64,000 nucleotides of DNA from IMG/VR virus record IMGVR_UViG_3300031949_000005, positions 64,001 to 128,000 of that record, one strand, 5' to 3'. Below the pieces are notes generated by a model. The model was not told where the DNA came from. It was given only the letters and a program-made list of their open reading frames with translations, and made no database searches. The position numbers and the translations under genes were made by a program. The DNA is from a virus. Positions within the stretch are counted from its first letter, which is position 1; every line of letters begins with the position of its first letter. Positions 18,024 to 29,633 of the stretch are shown one piece after another.

Positions 18024-20307
18024 TTCCAAATTAAGAGAATATGCTAAAGCCTTGATAGATAAATTAGAACTAATGCATAATGCTCCTTCGTATACGAGAG
18101 TTTGGAAAATTGCTGCTATACATGGTTGTATTTATTATGGTCCATATTATGGAAAAGAATTAGAAGATCTTAAAAAGGAGATAAATAATGTGGGTTAGAA
18201 TAGATTTTAAAGATGGCGATAGCAAATTATATGATATACCAGGAATTGATACGCTTAATCCAGCTACCGATGAACTCATAAGATGGATTAAAGAAAAAGA
18301 AATTATTAGTATTGATAGATCATTAATAATATTTCCTCACGGTAATCCACAAAAAATCTCAGCGGCACAAGCAAAAGATTTGAATCCAGTATTCGGTGTA
18401 TGTAAAGAAGAATTTATTAATTGTGGAGAAATAAAATCATTTGGAATAGTAGACACCTCAAGCGAGATATGGGAAAAATTATGTGCCCCAGCCCTTGGAG
18501 AGAAAACGATATTAACGCCAAATAAAAAGCTTGAGCTACCGTGAGAGAAGAATTAAGGGCAATAACGATAAAATCCTTGTCGGGCCATTCCGATAACTTT
18601 AAAGAAGAAGTTTTCGCTTTAATGAAATGTGCTGCTCACAAAGGAGAATATTCACTAAAATTAATAAGATTTGATACAGAATTTTGGATGTCCTTTTTTG
18701 AAGAATTAAAAACAAAGGGCTTAAATATTAATATTAAAAAAATCGTAGAAGATACTAGTAGTAATTTGCCGCATAGAATAGTGGTTAGTATTGATTGGAG
18801 ATGATATGAAGGGTAAATTTTATATACAATTAAACAAAAAGGGATGTCAATCTAAAGATCCGGTTTTAATCGTTGGTTACGTTAATTTAAAAGATAAAAG
18901 ATTACATATTTTCGATGATAACGATAATCTTAAATTTGAGATGTTGGTTTTTGATATAAATATCCATCAAGATGGAATAATGTTTATAGGTATTGAAATA
19001 GGATCATCTGATGAATTGTATTTTCAGAAAGTTTGGTTTTTACCGAAAGGATTTGATAATGAAAGTCTATGAACAAATGGTGCGTTTTGTATATAATAAA
19101 TTCGTAATTAGATGTTGGGTTCCCGCTTATACGTCGGTGGGGTTATCGGACTTAGAAACAAAGGAATTGGTTCGTAATTGTTTAACGATACTTGGTAATT
19201 TGGAACAAGAATATCCTCTTCAATTAGCAGAATGTATTTGCGATAAATTCCACATGAATGCCTGCGAGGTAACAGAAAAAGAAACTGGTTGTGGCGGCGT
19301 GTTTTATAGGGAGTGGCCGTAATGTGTGAGTGTGGTTGTATTGCTACGGGCCAATTTTTTAAACTAAAAGGGCCTGATAAGAAGATATATGTTATACAAC
19401 GATATCCTGGATGTAAATCTTGTTCTACTCCTTGTGGGGTGATATTTTCTGAAATAAGTAAAGATCATTCTGATTTTAGTTATTATAATGATCTTTCGCC
19501 AATATGTGCGCAAAAGGAAAATGATGTTATATCTTTCTTCTCACAGGAGGATTTAAAAATAAAATTAAAAAGATATCTTATCGAATATTTTAATAATAGG
19601 GAATTTTCAGCAGGAGAACAATGTTATGATGAATGTGATGCCGATATCATATCAGAGGAATTTGCGGAGGAATTTTTTAATGAAAAATAAATTAATTGGT
19701 TTATTGCTTTTATGTTGTTTGGGATGCGAATATACTAAAATAGAAACCAGTGAAGTAATGGTTGAAAGGGCTGTCGTGGATCAATTAATTTTTTCTCCGA
19801 GTCACCATGATAGCAACTTTAGTCCTGGTCTTAGTACAGGTGGGGATTTAACTTTTACCGTAACGTCAGTAGATATTCCAGAAAAACATGGAGTAATTTT
19901 TAAATGTCGTCATGGTAAATTCTATATTAGTAGGAAGGAATTGTGGGAAAATTTATCACAAGGCGATTGTGTAGATATTCAATATTTAGAAGTATATAAA
20001 GTATTATACGATAGCGAAGGCAAAGAACTTAAAAGAGCTTTAGTAGATTATGATTTTATAGGCGCAGAAAAGAGGGATTGTGATGACCGATAAAGAAAGA
20101 CTAGATTGGTTGGAAGAACAAAATAAAAAAGCAAGTTATACTGGTAAATGTAGGTTTCGTTGGTCTATTACTGGTCGCGGATGGAGATTACACGAAACAA
20201 GTTCTTATGAACTAGATAGAGTTGGTCTGAAACATGGTCCATTTGCTACGGTAAGAGAAGCAATAGATTATGCGATAGAAAATGATAAAGAAAATACTGG
20301 GGTTTGA
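18016..20307 (+). CDS. run of small hypothetical proteins, including a probable lipoprotein (19680..20093)
   Basis: Contiguous overlapping ORFs; MKNKLIGLLLLCCLGC lipobox. Confidence 0.6.
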
Positions 20308-20608
20308 TAATTATACAATAGATGATCTAGGAAATATTTACGGACCTAATAAAAAATTGAAGAGTGTACGTAAACATCACAAGGATGGATATCTTTATGT
20401 TAGATTAAAGAAAAATGGTCAATCTTTTCATAAAGCTGTTCATAGATTGATGGCAATCACTTTTCTTGGTCCGAAAAAAAATGGTTTAGAAGTACGTCAT
20501 CTTGATGGGAATAAATATAATAATAATTTAATTAATTTGAGTTATGGAACAAGGGCCGAAAATCTTTTAGATGATGTTAAACATGGAAAAATTTTAAAAA
20601 AGGGATGA
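20282..20608 (+). CDS. NUMOD4/HNH endonuclease (short)
   Basis: GYLYVRL, VHRLMAITFLG, VRHLDGNKYNNNLINLSYGT..EN. Confidence 0.85.
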   Translation: MIKKILGFDNYTIDDLGNIYGPNKKLKSVRKHHKDGYLYVRLKKNGQSFHKAVHRLMAITFLGPKKNGLEVRHLDGNKYNNNLINLSYGTRAENLLDDVKHGKILKKG

Positions 20609-20630
20609 TGAATTTCTATATTGGTATGAT

Positions 20631-21300
20631 ATGTTAACTTTAAAGGAGAATAAAATGCAAACAGCAACAGAAACAAGTTTTAGTGTTGGCGATTCGGTTA
20701 GAGTAGTATCTTGTGATCAATGCCCAGGTGTCGTAGACAAGATTGGGGTCGTAAAAGAAGTGACAGAAGCGGGTTTTAAGGTCTCCTTCGGCAAGGGGCG
20801 TCCCCAAAAAGGCCGTCCAGAGGTTTTTAGTGCCGCAAGTTTGTCTTTAGTTAATGTTGATTAGATATGAAAATACAATTTCCTTTAGAACTAAAATGCA
20901 ATGGAGAAGATTTTTTAACAGGTAAATATTATAAATTACAAGATAACAACGAACAATTAATTATGAGATTTTGCGCTAGTTCAGGAATCGAAAGTTTTAA
21001 AAATTTAATAAAAGATATCAATGATAATTATTCTATTAACACCTCATTAGGGTTAAATATTTAATGAAAATAGTATTTTTGATAAAGAAAATATTGAAAT
21101 TATTTATAAGGATTAAACGATGTAAAAGATGTGGTTTATCTCCAATAATTAAGAAATTAGATATCGAGGATAGATTTGATGGTATAAATTTCTATATTTC
21201 TTGTGGAGAATATCATTCGCCAGGAGTTAGGCTATGTCATTACTCTTATTTTAGCAAAACATATAAAGAAGCAATAAAAAATTGGAATAGGAATAATTAA
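20631..21300 (+). CDS. three small proteins (KOW/SH3-like 20631..20864; 20867..21064; Zn-ribbon 21064..21300)
   Basis: FSVGDSVRV...G.V KOW-like pattern; CKRCG...EAIKNWN Lar-like pattern. Confidence 0.5.
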
Positions 21301-22502
21301 TGAAAATTATTGCCATAGAAGCAGAGAATATTAAACGCCTTAAAACTATTTCTATTAAACCGGATGGTTCGATGATTATAATTGGGGGCGACAACGAAGC
21401 TGGTAAAAGTAGTTTACTTGATTCTATAGAATACGCTCTTGGTGGAACTAAGAGTATACCATCTAAGCCTATTAGGAATGGACAAGAAAAGGCTAGGATT
21501 ATCTTGGATCTTGGCGACATTATTGTTACTAGAACCTTTACACAAAAGGGAACTAATTTAGTTGTTAAAAATAAGGATGGGGCAACATTCAGTAGTCCGC
21601 AAGCTATGTTAGATAAACTTGTGGGTAATCTTTCGTTCGATCCCTTAGGATTCGCTAACATGAATGATAAAGAAAGATTAACCACTTTGAAGTCTATTGC
21701 AGGTCTTGATTTTACAGAATTAGATAGTGAATATAAAGAAGCTTTTGATAAACGGACAGAAGTTAATAGACAAGGAAAAGAATTAAAAGCTAATTTTGAT
21801 TCTATTGACTCCTACGACGATGTTCCTAAAAATGAAGTTTCTGTTTCTGAAATTTCTAAACAATTAACAGAAGGATTATCTAATAATCAATCAGTATTAC
21901 AACTTAAATCTTTTATAAATAGTGATCAGAATAGATTAAAAGTGTTAGAACAAGAAAAAACAGAGCTTGAACAAAGATTATCTTCTAATCAGAAGAAATT
22001 AAAATCATTAAAGGAAGTAAATACAGAAGATTTAAAAATACAACTAAATTCAGCAGAAGGAATTAATAATAAAGTTAGAAGCAATAAAAGGAAAGAAGAA
22101 ATAGAATGTTCATTAGATAAATTGAGAAATCTTTCATTGGAATTATCTCAAAAACTAGAAAATATTAGTAAAAATAAACAAGATCTTTTAGAAAATTCAA
22201 AGTTACCAATTAAGGGATTAACATTTGACGAAAATGGTGTGATGTTCAAAAATATACCATTTGATCAATGTTCTTCGGCGCAAAAGATAAAAATTTCAGT
22301 AGCCATGGGACTTTCTATGAATCCAGAGTTACGAATATTATTAATTAGAGATGGATCATTATTAGACGAAAAGAATTTGGGCATTATAGCGGAAATGGCC
22401 TCTAAAAAAGATGCACAGGTATGGATTGAAAGAGTTGGTCACGGCAAGGAATGTCAGATCGTGATAGAAGATGGATCTGTTGTTGAATGTCAAACAGTTT
22501 AG
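21300..22502 (+). CDS. SMC/Rad50-like ABC-type ATPase
   Basis: Walker A GDNEAGKS, central coiled coil, signature-like SSAQ, Walker B LLIRD. Confidence 0.85.
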   Translation: MKIIAIEAENIKRLKTISIKPDGSMIIIGGDNEAGKSSLLDSIEYALGGTKSIPSKPIRNGQEKARIILDLGDIIVTRTFTQKGTNLVVKNKDGATFSSPQAMLDKLVGNLSFDPLGFANMNDKERLTTLKSIAGLDFTELDSEYKEAFDKRTEVNRQGKELKANFDSIDSYDDVPKNEVSVSEISKQLTEGLSNNQSVLQLKSFINSDQNRLKVLEQEKTELEQRLSSNQKKLKSLKEVNTEDLKIQLNSAEGINNKVRSNKRKEEIECSLDKLRNLSLELSQKLENISKNKQDLLENSKLPIKGLTFDENGVMFKNIPFDQCSSAQKIKISVAMGLSMNPELRILLIRDGSLLDEKNLGIIAEMASKKDAQVWIERVGHGKECQIVIEDGSVVECQTV

Positions 22503-22813
22503 ATAATTTAGTTTCTCGAATTGAAATCGCTATACGCGAAAGTAAGATTATTGGCAATGAACTAAATTACCAAAGTATCAAAGATAGAGAAATTATGTTT
22601 TTATTATTTTCATATTATTATAATCAAGGATATAAAGAAAACGAAGCTAAGACATTAGCTCGACAACAAATGATTAAATTGATCTTAGCGGAATGTTTGG
22701 GTGATTCATGTTTTTAGTAGGATTTTTTATAGATATGGCTGTGCCAGTATTTTGTGTATTCTGGATAGGATATATGATTTATCTGATAGGAAAAGGTTTT
22801 AAGGAGACATTTC

Positions 22814-23020
22814 ATGTTTAGATGGTTCGAAGATTTAAAAAATAGTATAGCCGATCTTTTTAAATCAAAAGCTACTATTAGAAAAGATGGTACGGCGAGT
22901 AAGCCATATTGTGTTTATAGTATGAGTGGTAAAAATATGGGATGTTATAAGACAAGAAAAGGCGCAGAAAAAAGACTTGCCCAGATAGAAATGTTCAAAC
23001 ATATTAATGAGGGGAAATAA
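22814..23020 (+). CDS. small conserved phage protein
   Basis: GKNMGCYKTRKGAEKRLAQIEMFK motif recognised from phage proteins. Confidence 0.55.
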   Translation: MFRWFEDLKNSIADLFKSKATIRKDGTASKPYCVYSMSGKNMGCYKTRKGAEKRLAQIEMFKHINEGK

Positions 23021-23477
23021 TATGGATTTAATGCCGTTCATTTTTGCTGTTGTTATAGGATTAGTTGGTTTTGTTTTTATGTATTTAAAAAATAAACAAT
23101 ATGATTTTTATTTAGCAGGACCAATGCGTAATATTAAAAATAATAATAAGAAATCTTTTGATGATGGCTCTCTGGCTTTAAGGAATATGGGATATACGGT
23201 ATGGAACCCATCAGAAGAAAATGATAGCAAAGATACTACATTTGAAGAATGGATGATTAAAGATTTAAACCAAGTTATAAATAAATGTAAGAGGATTGCA
23301 TTATTACCAGGATGGAGAGATTCTATCGGCGCAAATGTCGAGGCTATGACAGCCTTAGTATGTAATAAAGATATTTATGAATTAAAATATAGTAAGAAAA
23401 ATAAGATATGGAAATTAAATTATATCAAGAATCTTAATTATTGTCTACCATTTAATAGCACTGCCAAACGACTTTAA
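23007..23477 (+). CDS. DUF4406 / nucleoside deoxyribosyltransferase-like protein with N-terminal TM segment
   Basis: YLAGPM, NPxE, LPGWxxSxGAxxE. Confidence 0.7.
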   Translation: MRGNNMDLMPFIFAVVIGLVGFVFMYLKNKQYDFYLAGPMRNIKNNNKKSFDDGSLALRNMGYTVWNPSEENDSKDTTFEEWMIKDLNQVINKCKRIALLPGWRDSIGANVEAMTALVCNKDIYELKYSKKNKIWKLNYIKNLNYCLPFNSTAKRL

Positions 23478-24033
23478 GTATTTTGGATGCGACTATATCA
23501 TCAGCTACTATTATAGTTTTAAACCACCCTTTTCTTGGCATAGCTAATCCCTTGTAGCAATAATCTACAACTTCCGTACAACTAAATCTTTGTCTATCTC
23601 TGAAATCGAAAACAAAATCGTATTCTTTACCTATTAGACTGATAGCTAATTGAACGCCGCTTTGTGACATATAAGAAGGTGGTCTTAATACTATCATATG
23701 ATCCGTTCTCATAAAATCTATAAGATCTTCACAAATAACGCCGTCGCTTATTGCATGTACTACTTGTTGCGGTTGGCCGTTAAATTCTCCAACATATAAT
23801 CCACCATGGTTCCAGAATCCTGGAATAAACCATTTATCTACATAACCTTCATATCTTTGTATTACTACATCGCCAGGTTGGATGATTTTAGATACTTCTC
23901 TGAAATGTTTACCCTTTAATTCATATTCTTTATGATTTATAACAAACCAAAACGGCCTATTCCATCCACTCCATGTGATATCGCCGAGAAATGTTAATAT
24001 TTTACTCCATATTCTATATATAATCTTTTTCAA
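23452..24033 (-). CDS. permuted papain-like amidase (YiiX/YaeF family)
   Basis: PGD, WNHGGLY (His before Cys), YDF, FSCTEVV. Confidence 0.8.
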   Translation of the reverse strand: MKKIIYRIWSKILTFLGDITWSGWNRPFWFVINHKEYELKGKHFREVSKIIQPGDVVIQRYEGYVDKWFIPGFWNHGGLYVGEFNGQPQQVVHAISDGVICEDLIDFMRTDHMIVLRPPSYMSQSGVQLAISLIGKEYDFVFDFRDRQRFSCTEVVDYCYKGLAMPRKGWFKTIIVADDIVASKILKVVWQCY

Positions 24034-24042
24034 TTATCATCA

Positions 24043-24655
24043 CTACTTTATTCTCATATCTTTTATTAATGATTTTACCTTATCTATACACAATTTTTGA
24101 TGCGATACATAAAGTTCTAAAAAATCTTCGGGTTGTAATAATGCCGGAGACTCATAATCAACATCTATGAATTTAGCTTCTGGTATAATTTTTGTTATTA
24201 ACGATCTTATCTTAGAGATTTGCTGGATATAATTTTCTTGTATTAATTCTCCAGGAGCGATCGGGAGATTTTGTAATCTACAAACATTGATTTGATGTTG
24301 ATGTATTCTTTCAATAGCACCTGATTCTGAAAGTGATTCCCATTTGTTAAGCAAGAAATTAATTATCGGTTTTCGTTTTTTAGAGTTTATCATTTTTTGC
24401 TCTCTTTGAAAAAAAACTCATAATTTCTTCACTAGCATCAATAGCCATACCTAATAGGTCATCTTGATTTTTATTTAGAACGTTAATATGATAATATCTT
24501 TTTGTACAAATTGGTTTTTCGGTATCTAAAATATAATTGCTTATATGGATTCGTAAAATATTATTTTTATATTCTTGTTCTATGGTATAATTACCGGGTA
24601 AATTTGCCCACAGATAATTAGTGAAAACATTAATAATTTGTTCTATGTCGTTCAT
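24043..24655 (-). CDS. two hypothetical proteins (24043..24393, 24380..24655)
   Basis: Overlapping ORFs; GTGTATAA motif upstream. Confidence 0.55.
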
Positions 24656-24681
24656 ATAATCACCACATTATTATACACATA

Positions 24682-25302
24682 TTATTCATTAGTTGTTATA
24701 CTTATCATCTTATCTAGAACAGAATCTGCCAATCCTATATCAACAGCTTGTTGTGCCGAATATATAGTATCATGGGAACACAACTTTTCTATTTTCTTTA
24801 TGGTGATTTTAGGTAATTTCTTTTTCATTTTATCTTGATATATCTCATACATTTTGTAACGTGATTTTTTACTTTCCTTAGCCCAATTTTCTGCTGTTTT
24901 GGATGATCCGTTTATAGATTCAAAACCGTCGTGGATCATCATTATAGCATTCGGGGATAATATTCTTAAATCAGCAGCTTGCAATATTATTGATCCCATA
25001 GACATGGCTTGTCCCCATGCTGTTATCGTAACATGGCATCTAGATGATACAATGGCATCATAAATAGCCATACCGTGATACCAGTCGCCCCCTAGATTAT
25101 TCATATGTATGTATATAGGGTCGCTAGATCTAGAATCTAGATACGTGATGGCCTTTATGAAGTGGTCGGACATCTGGAAATCTGTTCCGGATTCTTCTGA
25201 ATCATTAGTATACGACCGAGATCCAAGATATATCATTCTAGATGGTGGATAACATCCGTATTCAAAATATTTATCAAGATCTTCTCTTGGATATCTAGAC
25301 AT
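24682..25302 (-). CDS. clpP: ClpP-family serine protease
   Basis: RMIYL, NNLGG..G.AIYD, AMSMGS (Ser), MMIH (His), HDTIYSAQQAVDIGLAD (Asp). Confidence 0.85.
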   Translation of the reverse strand: MSRYPREDLDKYFEYGCYPPSRMIYLGSRSYTNDSEESGTDFQMSDHFIKAITYLDSRSSDPIYIHMNNLGGDWYHGMAIYDAIVSSRCHVTITAWGQAMSMGSIILQAADLRILSPNAIMMIHDGFESINGSSKTAENWAKESKKSRYKMYEIYQDKMKKKLPKITIKKIEKLCSHDTIYSAQQAVDIGLADSVLDKMISITTNE

Positions 25303-25305
25303 ATA

Positions 25306-26349
25306 TTAACCGTTAATATAAAAAAGTTGTTTTATTATATTTAATGGATCTCTATCTTTTAGTATTGTATATGTTAAATTGTGTGTATATAAAAAATCAC
25401 ATATTTTTTCATATATATATTCTACTTCTTCGGCGATGTTGTATCTGATACCATCGTCGATTATTTTTTGTGGTTGTAATAAAAAGATATCCGTATAATT
25501 TTGTGTATCTAATAAAGTATTAGCATATAATTTTTCTAAAGAAAATAAATTGCATTTATTAGATGTCGATTTTTTACAATTCAACAGTTGATATAAATAT
25601 GGTAAAAACGTAGGAGAATCAGATATAACAATATTTGATCTATTTAGAATATTATTTTCTCTTCTTTGTTGTTCATCAAAGATTATATATTGTTCTTCTG
25701 GTAATGGTGGTCTGTTATATCTACAAATAAATTCACTACAATATTCGGAACAATAAATAGACGATCCACCCAATCTAGTATTAATTAAACCACTAAGAGA
25801 TTTAGATAGTTCTGTTTTTCCACTACTTGGAGGACCACATATACCTATTCTTCTTTTAAAAAATTCAAAAGCAGAAAGTGGGCATTCTATAAATTTTTCT
25901 TTAGAACCTAATAATTTATGTAATTCTAGTGGAGTAGATTGATCTAATGATTCTATTTCTACGATCATAAGTTTTAATGGACTATTAACTTTGTCTATAG
26001 ATATATTGAAATTCTTATATTTAAAATTTTGTCTAACCTTTTCTACAATTAATTTTTTTAATGGATCTAATAGATATTTTATATGATGATTTATATTACA
26101 ATTATTTTCAATTCTTCCTTCTAGTTTATCACTACCATATTTTGTTGTTAATATTATTTCTGGCGATGAAATATTTTTTTTATAGAGAATATGTCTAATT
26201 CTAATTTCTTTGGATAGATATGTGTCTATCATATTACGTTCGAATGAATCCGGAGAACTTAATTCATTTATTTTAGCATATATATTCTTATTAGCAAACG
26301 TCGTGTAATCAAAAACATAACTACGTTCTTTCTCTATATTATTTTGCAT
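25306..26349 (-). CDS. CYTH-like domain fused to NadR/AAA_28-type P-loop kinase
   Basis: N-terminal ExER, RIR, VEKVR, VEIE; C-terminal GPPSSGKT, SD, DDGIR. Confidence 0.7.
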   Translation of the reverse strand: MQNNIEKERSYVFDYTTFANKNIYAKINELSSPDSFERNMIDTYLSKEIRIRHILYKKNISSPEIILTTKYGSDKLEGRIENNCNINHHIKYLLDPLKKLIVEKVRQNFKYKNFNISIDKVNSPLKLMIVEIESLDQSTPLELHKLLGSKEKFIECPLSAFEFFKRRIGICGPPSSGKTELSKSLSGLINTRLGGSSIYCSEYCSEFICRYNRPPLPEEQYIIFDEQQRRENNILNRSNIVISDSPTFLPYLYQLLNCKKSTSNKCNLFSLEKLYANTLLDTQNYTDIFLLQPQKIIDDGIRYNIAEEVEYIYEKICDFLYTHNLTYTILKDRDPLNIIKQLFYING

Positions 26350-26913
26350 AATTTATAGCCTTTAACATGTTATCAAGTGAACAATTTGGACATTTTATGT
26401 TGCGATTTATCGTATTACAGAATGGACATAAAAGTTTTATTTTATTAACATGTATATGTAATATTAATATTTTATCTATACAATCGTCGCATATAAACAT
26501 TTTGCCAAGTATTCTTCTTCCACACGGAGAGGAATATTCTAAACCACAAGTATCACAAATTATTTCTTGATTCATTTTGATATTTGTTTTCTTATTTTTT
26601 CAATAACAATCGAATAATGATTAAAGTATAAATCAATATAATCTTTTCTAGTCCACTTATATCCTCGTAAGATTTCTGGAAGTGTATTTATTAAATTATT
26701 TAATTCTGGTGATTCATTAGTTATATTTTTTTGTATTCTTTTTTGTTCTCCATCGAATTTGTGATCAAATACTATAGGAAATCTATCTAGTTGCGTTATT
26801 CTTGCGCTTAATCCCCCAGTATATGAGTTAGCTTTTTTGAGTGATTCTTTTTTGCCGGTTCTAATTATGGTTTCCCATTTGTTTAATAATTCTGCTATTA
26901 TTTCAATCTTCAT
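26339..26913 (-). CDS. two hypothetical proteins (Zn-finger 26339..26575; 26572..26913)
   Basis: Overlapping ORFs. Confidence 0.55.
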
Positions 26914-27619
26914 TAATGATTTCTCCTATTTTATCTAAATAATATTTACTACAATCAATGCCTATGCAATTTCTATTTAATCTATTACATACTATAGCCG
27001 TTGTACCAGAACCTATCATAGGGTCTAACACTGTTTCTCCTGGTTCAGAATGACCTAATATAATTCTTTGCAATAAAGCTTCTGGATGTTGACAAGGATG
27101 AAATTTACGTCTTTCTTTAAATGTGCCACAAATCCTTGGAAATTCCCATAGATTAGAAGGCATTTTTCCACCGGCTTTAGCTCTTTTGTCATTATATTTT
27201 TTCATCCTATCGGATTGGATTTTAATATTATCAGGATAAATAGTAGAATTATTTAACCAGTACATATTTCTTATACATGGACTATATATATAATTATTAG
27301 CTTGACCAAATTTAAAGTGCCAATATATTCTTTTAATTAGTGGTATGAATCCTTTTTTAATGATGTATTCTGTTTCTGATACCCATTTATCAGCTATACT
27401 CAAAAAAACTGGTCCATCAGTTAAATCACAACATTTTGTTATCCATAACTTTAATAATTCAACATAAAGACTATTGGGGAGATTATCTGTATAGTTTTGA
27501 TAATGCGTTCCACAATTATCTGGTGGATCAATAAATGTTAATTTAACTTTATAATTTTCTTTAATCACACTCGCTAGATTTTCAAATTTTCCATGCATTA
27601 AATCAATTGTTGACATCAT
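26903..27619 (-). CDS. beta-class N4-cytosine/N6-adenine DNA methyltransferase
   Basis: Motif IV FIDPPD, HPCQHP, motif I VLDPMIGSGTT. Confidence 0.85.
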   Translation of the reverse strand: MMSTIDLMHGKFENLASVIKENYKVKLTFIDPPDNCGTHYQNYTDNLPNSLYVELLKLWITKCCDLTDGPVFLSIADKWVSETEYIIKKGFIPLIKRIYWHFKFGQANNYIYSPCIRNMYWLNNSTIYPDNIKIQSDRMKKYNDKRAKAGGKMPSNLWEFPRICGTFKERRKFHPCQHPEALLQRIILGHSEPGETVLDPMIGSGTTAIVCNRLNRNCIGIDCSKYYLDKIGEIINED

Positions 27620-27950
27620 TGATTCTCACTATTCTTTTTGATTTTTCTTCTGATTTTGGTAATTTGTCACCATCTGGTTTATTTATTCTTTCTTCATAAC
27701 ATTTTATTGGATCATTAGAAGAATATTTTTTAATAGTACAATTTAAAGATTCAGCTATCTCTTTAATTTTTCTTTGTCCGCAACTACTAATAAATTTTTT
27801 AATAATTGTCTCTATAATCTTTTCTGCTATTTTTATTGTCTTGTATTGTCCTATAACTTCATTCGTTTCTGTATCAAATATTGAATAAGGATGTATGTAT
27901 GGTAACGTATTTTTAATAATTGTCAATCTTTTTCCAGGGTTTATCATCAA
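27603..27950 (-). CDS. hypothetical protein
   Basis: ORF track. Confidence 0.5.
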   Translation of the reverse strand: MMINPGKRLTIIKNTLPYIHPYSIFDTETNEVIGQYKTIKIAEKIIETIIKKFISSCGQRKIKEIAESLNCTIKKYSSNDPIKCYEERINKPDGDKLPKSEEKSKRIVRINDVNN

Positions 27951-28197
27951 GGGTATAATAGTATTATAAGAGATTATTTTTTTATTTTTTATTTTTTTGT
28001 AATAAATGTCCTATAACTATACTTTATATAATATAGGGATGTTTTATTGTGTATATAGTTTTTGTGATTTATGAAAAAAAGAATTAATCTTAAAATAAAA
28101 CAAGACAATAAAGCAAAAGCTTTGATGAAAAATGATCTTGAGAAAGAAGATCCAAAAGAAGCAGAATCTATTATACAGTCTAATATAGAGGAGATAT

Positions 28198-28743
28198 ATG
28201 ATAAAAAATTCATTGATGGAATTAGCAATACCAATAATAACAAAAATAGCAAAACTACATAGAAAATCAAATATTTTTGCATATTATACAGAAGATGACA
28301 TAGAACAAGAAATATGGATTTTATGTTTAGATGCATTAAAAAGATATATTAAAAATCGAGGCAATTTAGAACATTATTTAAATACTCATGTTTCTAATAG
28401 ATTAAAAAATCTTAAAAGAGATAAATATTATAGGCCAGATGATGATATTTCTGTAAACAGTAAATCAAGACAGCGAATGAATTTGATTAATGCTTTACCA
28501 ATAAATATAATAAAAGATTCGACTAGGAATCGGTTATTAGCTTCTTCAAGTTCTTCTTGTGTAAATAATCCATCCGATATTTTGACATACTATGAGACAA
28601 AGAAATATCTTGAAGATAATATACCGATAGATTTACTATCATCTTTTAATGAACTAATATCTGGTAATAAAATACCAAGATCTATTTTAAATAAATTAAG
28701 GATAATTGTTGTGAAGATTCTAAAGGATAGAGAAAGTGGCTAA
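28198..28743 (+). CDS. RNA polymerase sigma-factor-like protein (region 2)
   Basis: EDDIEQE..I.CL.AL.RY...LEHYL...V.NRLKN.KR; first gene of the late module. Confidence 0.6.
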   Translation: MIKNSLMELAIPIITKIAKLHRKSNIFAYYTEDDIEQEIWILCLDALKRYIKNRGNLEHYLNTHVSNRLKNLKRDKYYRPDDDISVNSKSRQRMNLINALPINIIKDSTRNRLLASSSSSCVNNPSDILTYYETKKYLEDNIPIDLLSSFNELISGNKIPRSILNKLRIIVVKILKDRESG

Positions 28744-29632
28744 AAAAAAGGGAAGTAAAAAATTAGTAAATCACAAAGAAGCATTTAATGTTTTTAAGGA
28801 TTGTTTACATAAAGAATTAGAGGACAATAAGATACAAGAAGTTTTATTACAACAATTTAATTATGAATGGAGTATTGATTCAATAAGAAGAAATAGAAGA
28901 AAACTTGGTATTATTAAATCTGGTCCGAATGAAACCGAAATCAAAGAAAAATCTGTTTTATCTATCCCACCACCTGGATTAGACGAGGCATCCAAAGCAG
29001 ATTGGTTTAGAGAACAATTCAAGAAAAGTCATCTATCTACTAATCTTAATCTTCAATTTGATTCTACGGAAGTAGATACATATATAGAGGAATACGGTAA
29101 CATATGTTGTCAATTCGAAGATATAGTTTTTAGTGAATTTTTTCAAATAGATGATTTTTTAAAACATAGAATTCTTATTAATAGACAATTAACATTAATG
29201 AGAAGTGTACAAAAAGAAATACAAGATTTAAGAAGTTGGCTGGAAAAAAGTCCTAATAAAGAAAATGAACCTAAAGAAGATAAATTATTAAGAGTCGAAA
29301 AAATACGTTCCTTATCCGATCATACTGGTTTAATTAATAAGATTAACGAAAGATATGACAAGCTTGTGGCAGAAAGACAAAAAATAGCGAGTAATTTAGC
29401 TGCGACAAGAAGAGATAGAATAGACGATCTTCGTAACGGAAAAGAAAATTTCTTTAGTATAATAGCCAGCCTTCAGGCATCGGCGAAAGAGCGAGAAAAA
29501 CAAGGAAGATATGCCGAGATGACAAGGATAGCGTCAGAAGATATTAAAACTAAGTTAAGAGAAAAAATACAATTTCCAGATGGTAGTTACGATTCTGTTA
29601 TTATTGATGGCGAAACAGATAAAGAGGATTAA
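28736..29632 (+). CDS. coiled-coil protein upstream of terminase (possible small subunit)
   Basis: Position; HTH-like N-terminus and coiled coil. Confidence 0.35.
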   Translation: MAKKKGSKKLVNHKEAFNVFKDCLHKELEDNKIQEVLLQQFNYEWSIDSIRRNRRKLGIIKSGPNETEIKEKSVLSIPPPGLDEASKADWFREQFKKSHLSTNLNLQFDSTEVDTYIEEYGNICCQFEDIVFSEFFQIDDFLKHRILINRQLTLMRSVQKEIQDLRSWLEKSPNKENEPKEDKLLRVEKIRSLSDHTGLINKINERYDKLVAERQKIASNLAATRRDRIDDLRNGKENFFSIIASLQASAKEREKQGRYAEMTRIASEDIKTKLREKIQFPDGSYDSVIIDGETDKED

Positions 29633-29633
29633 T

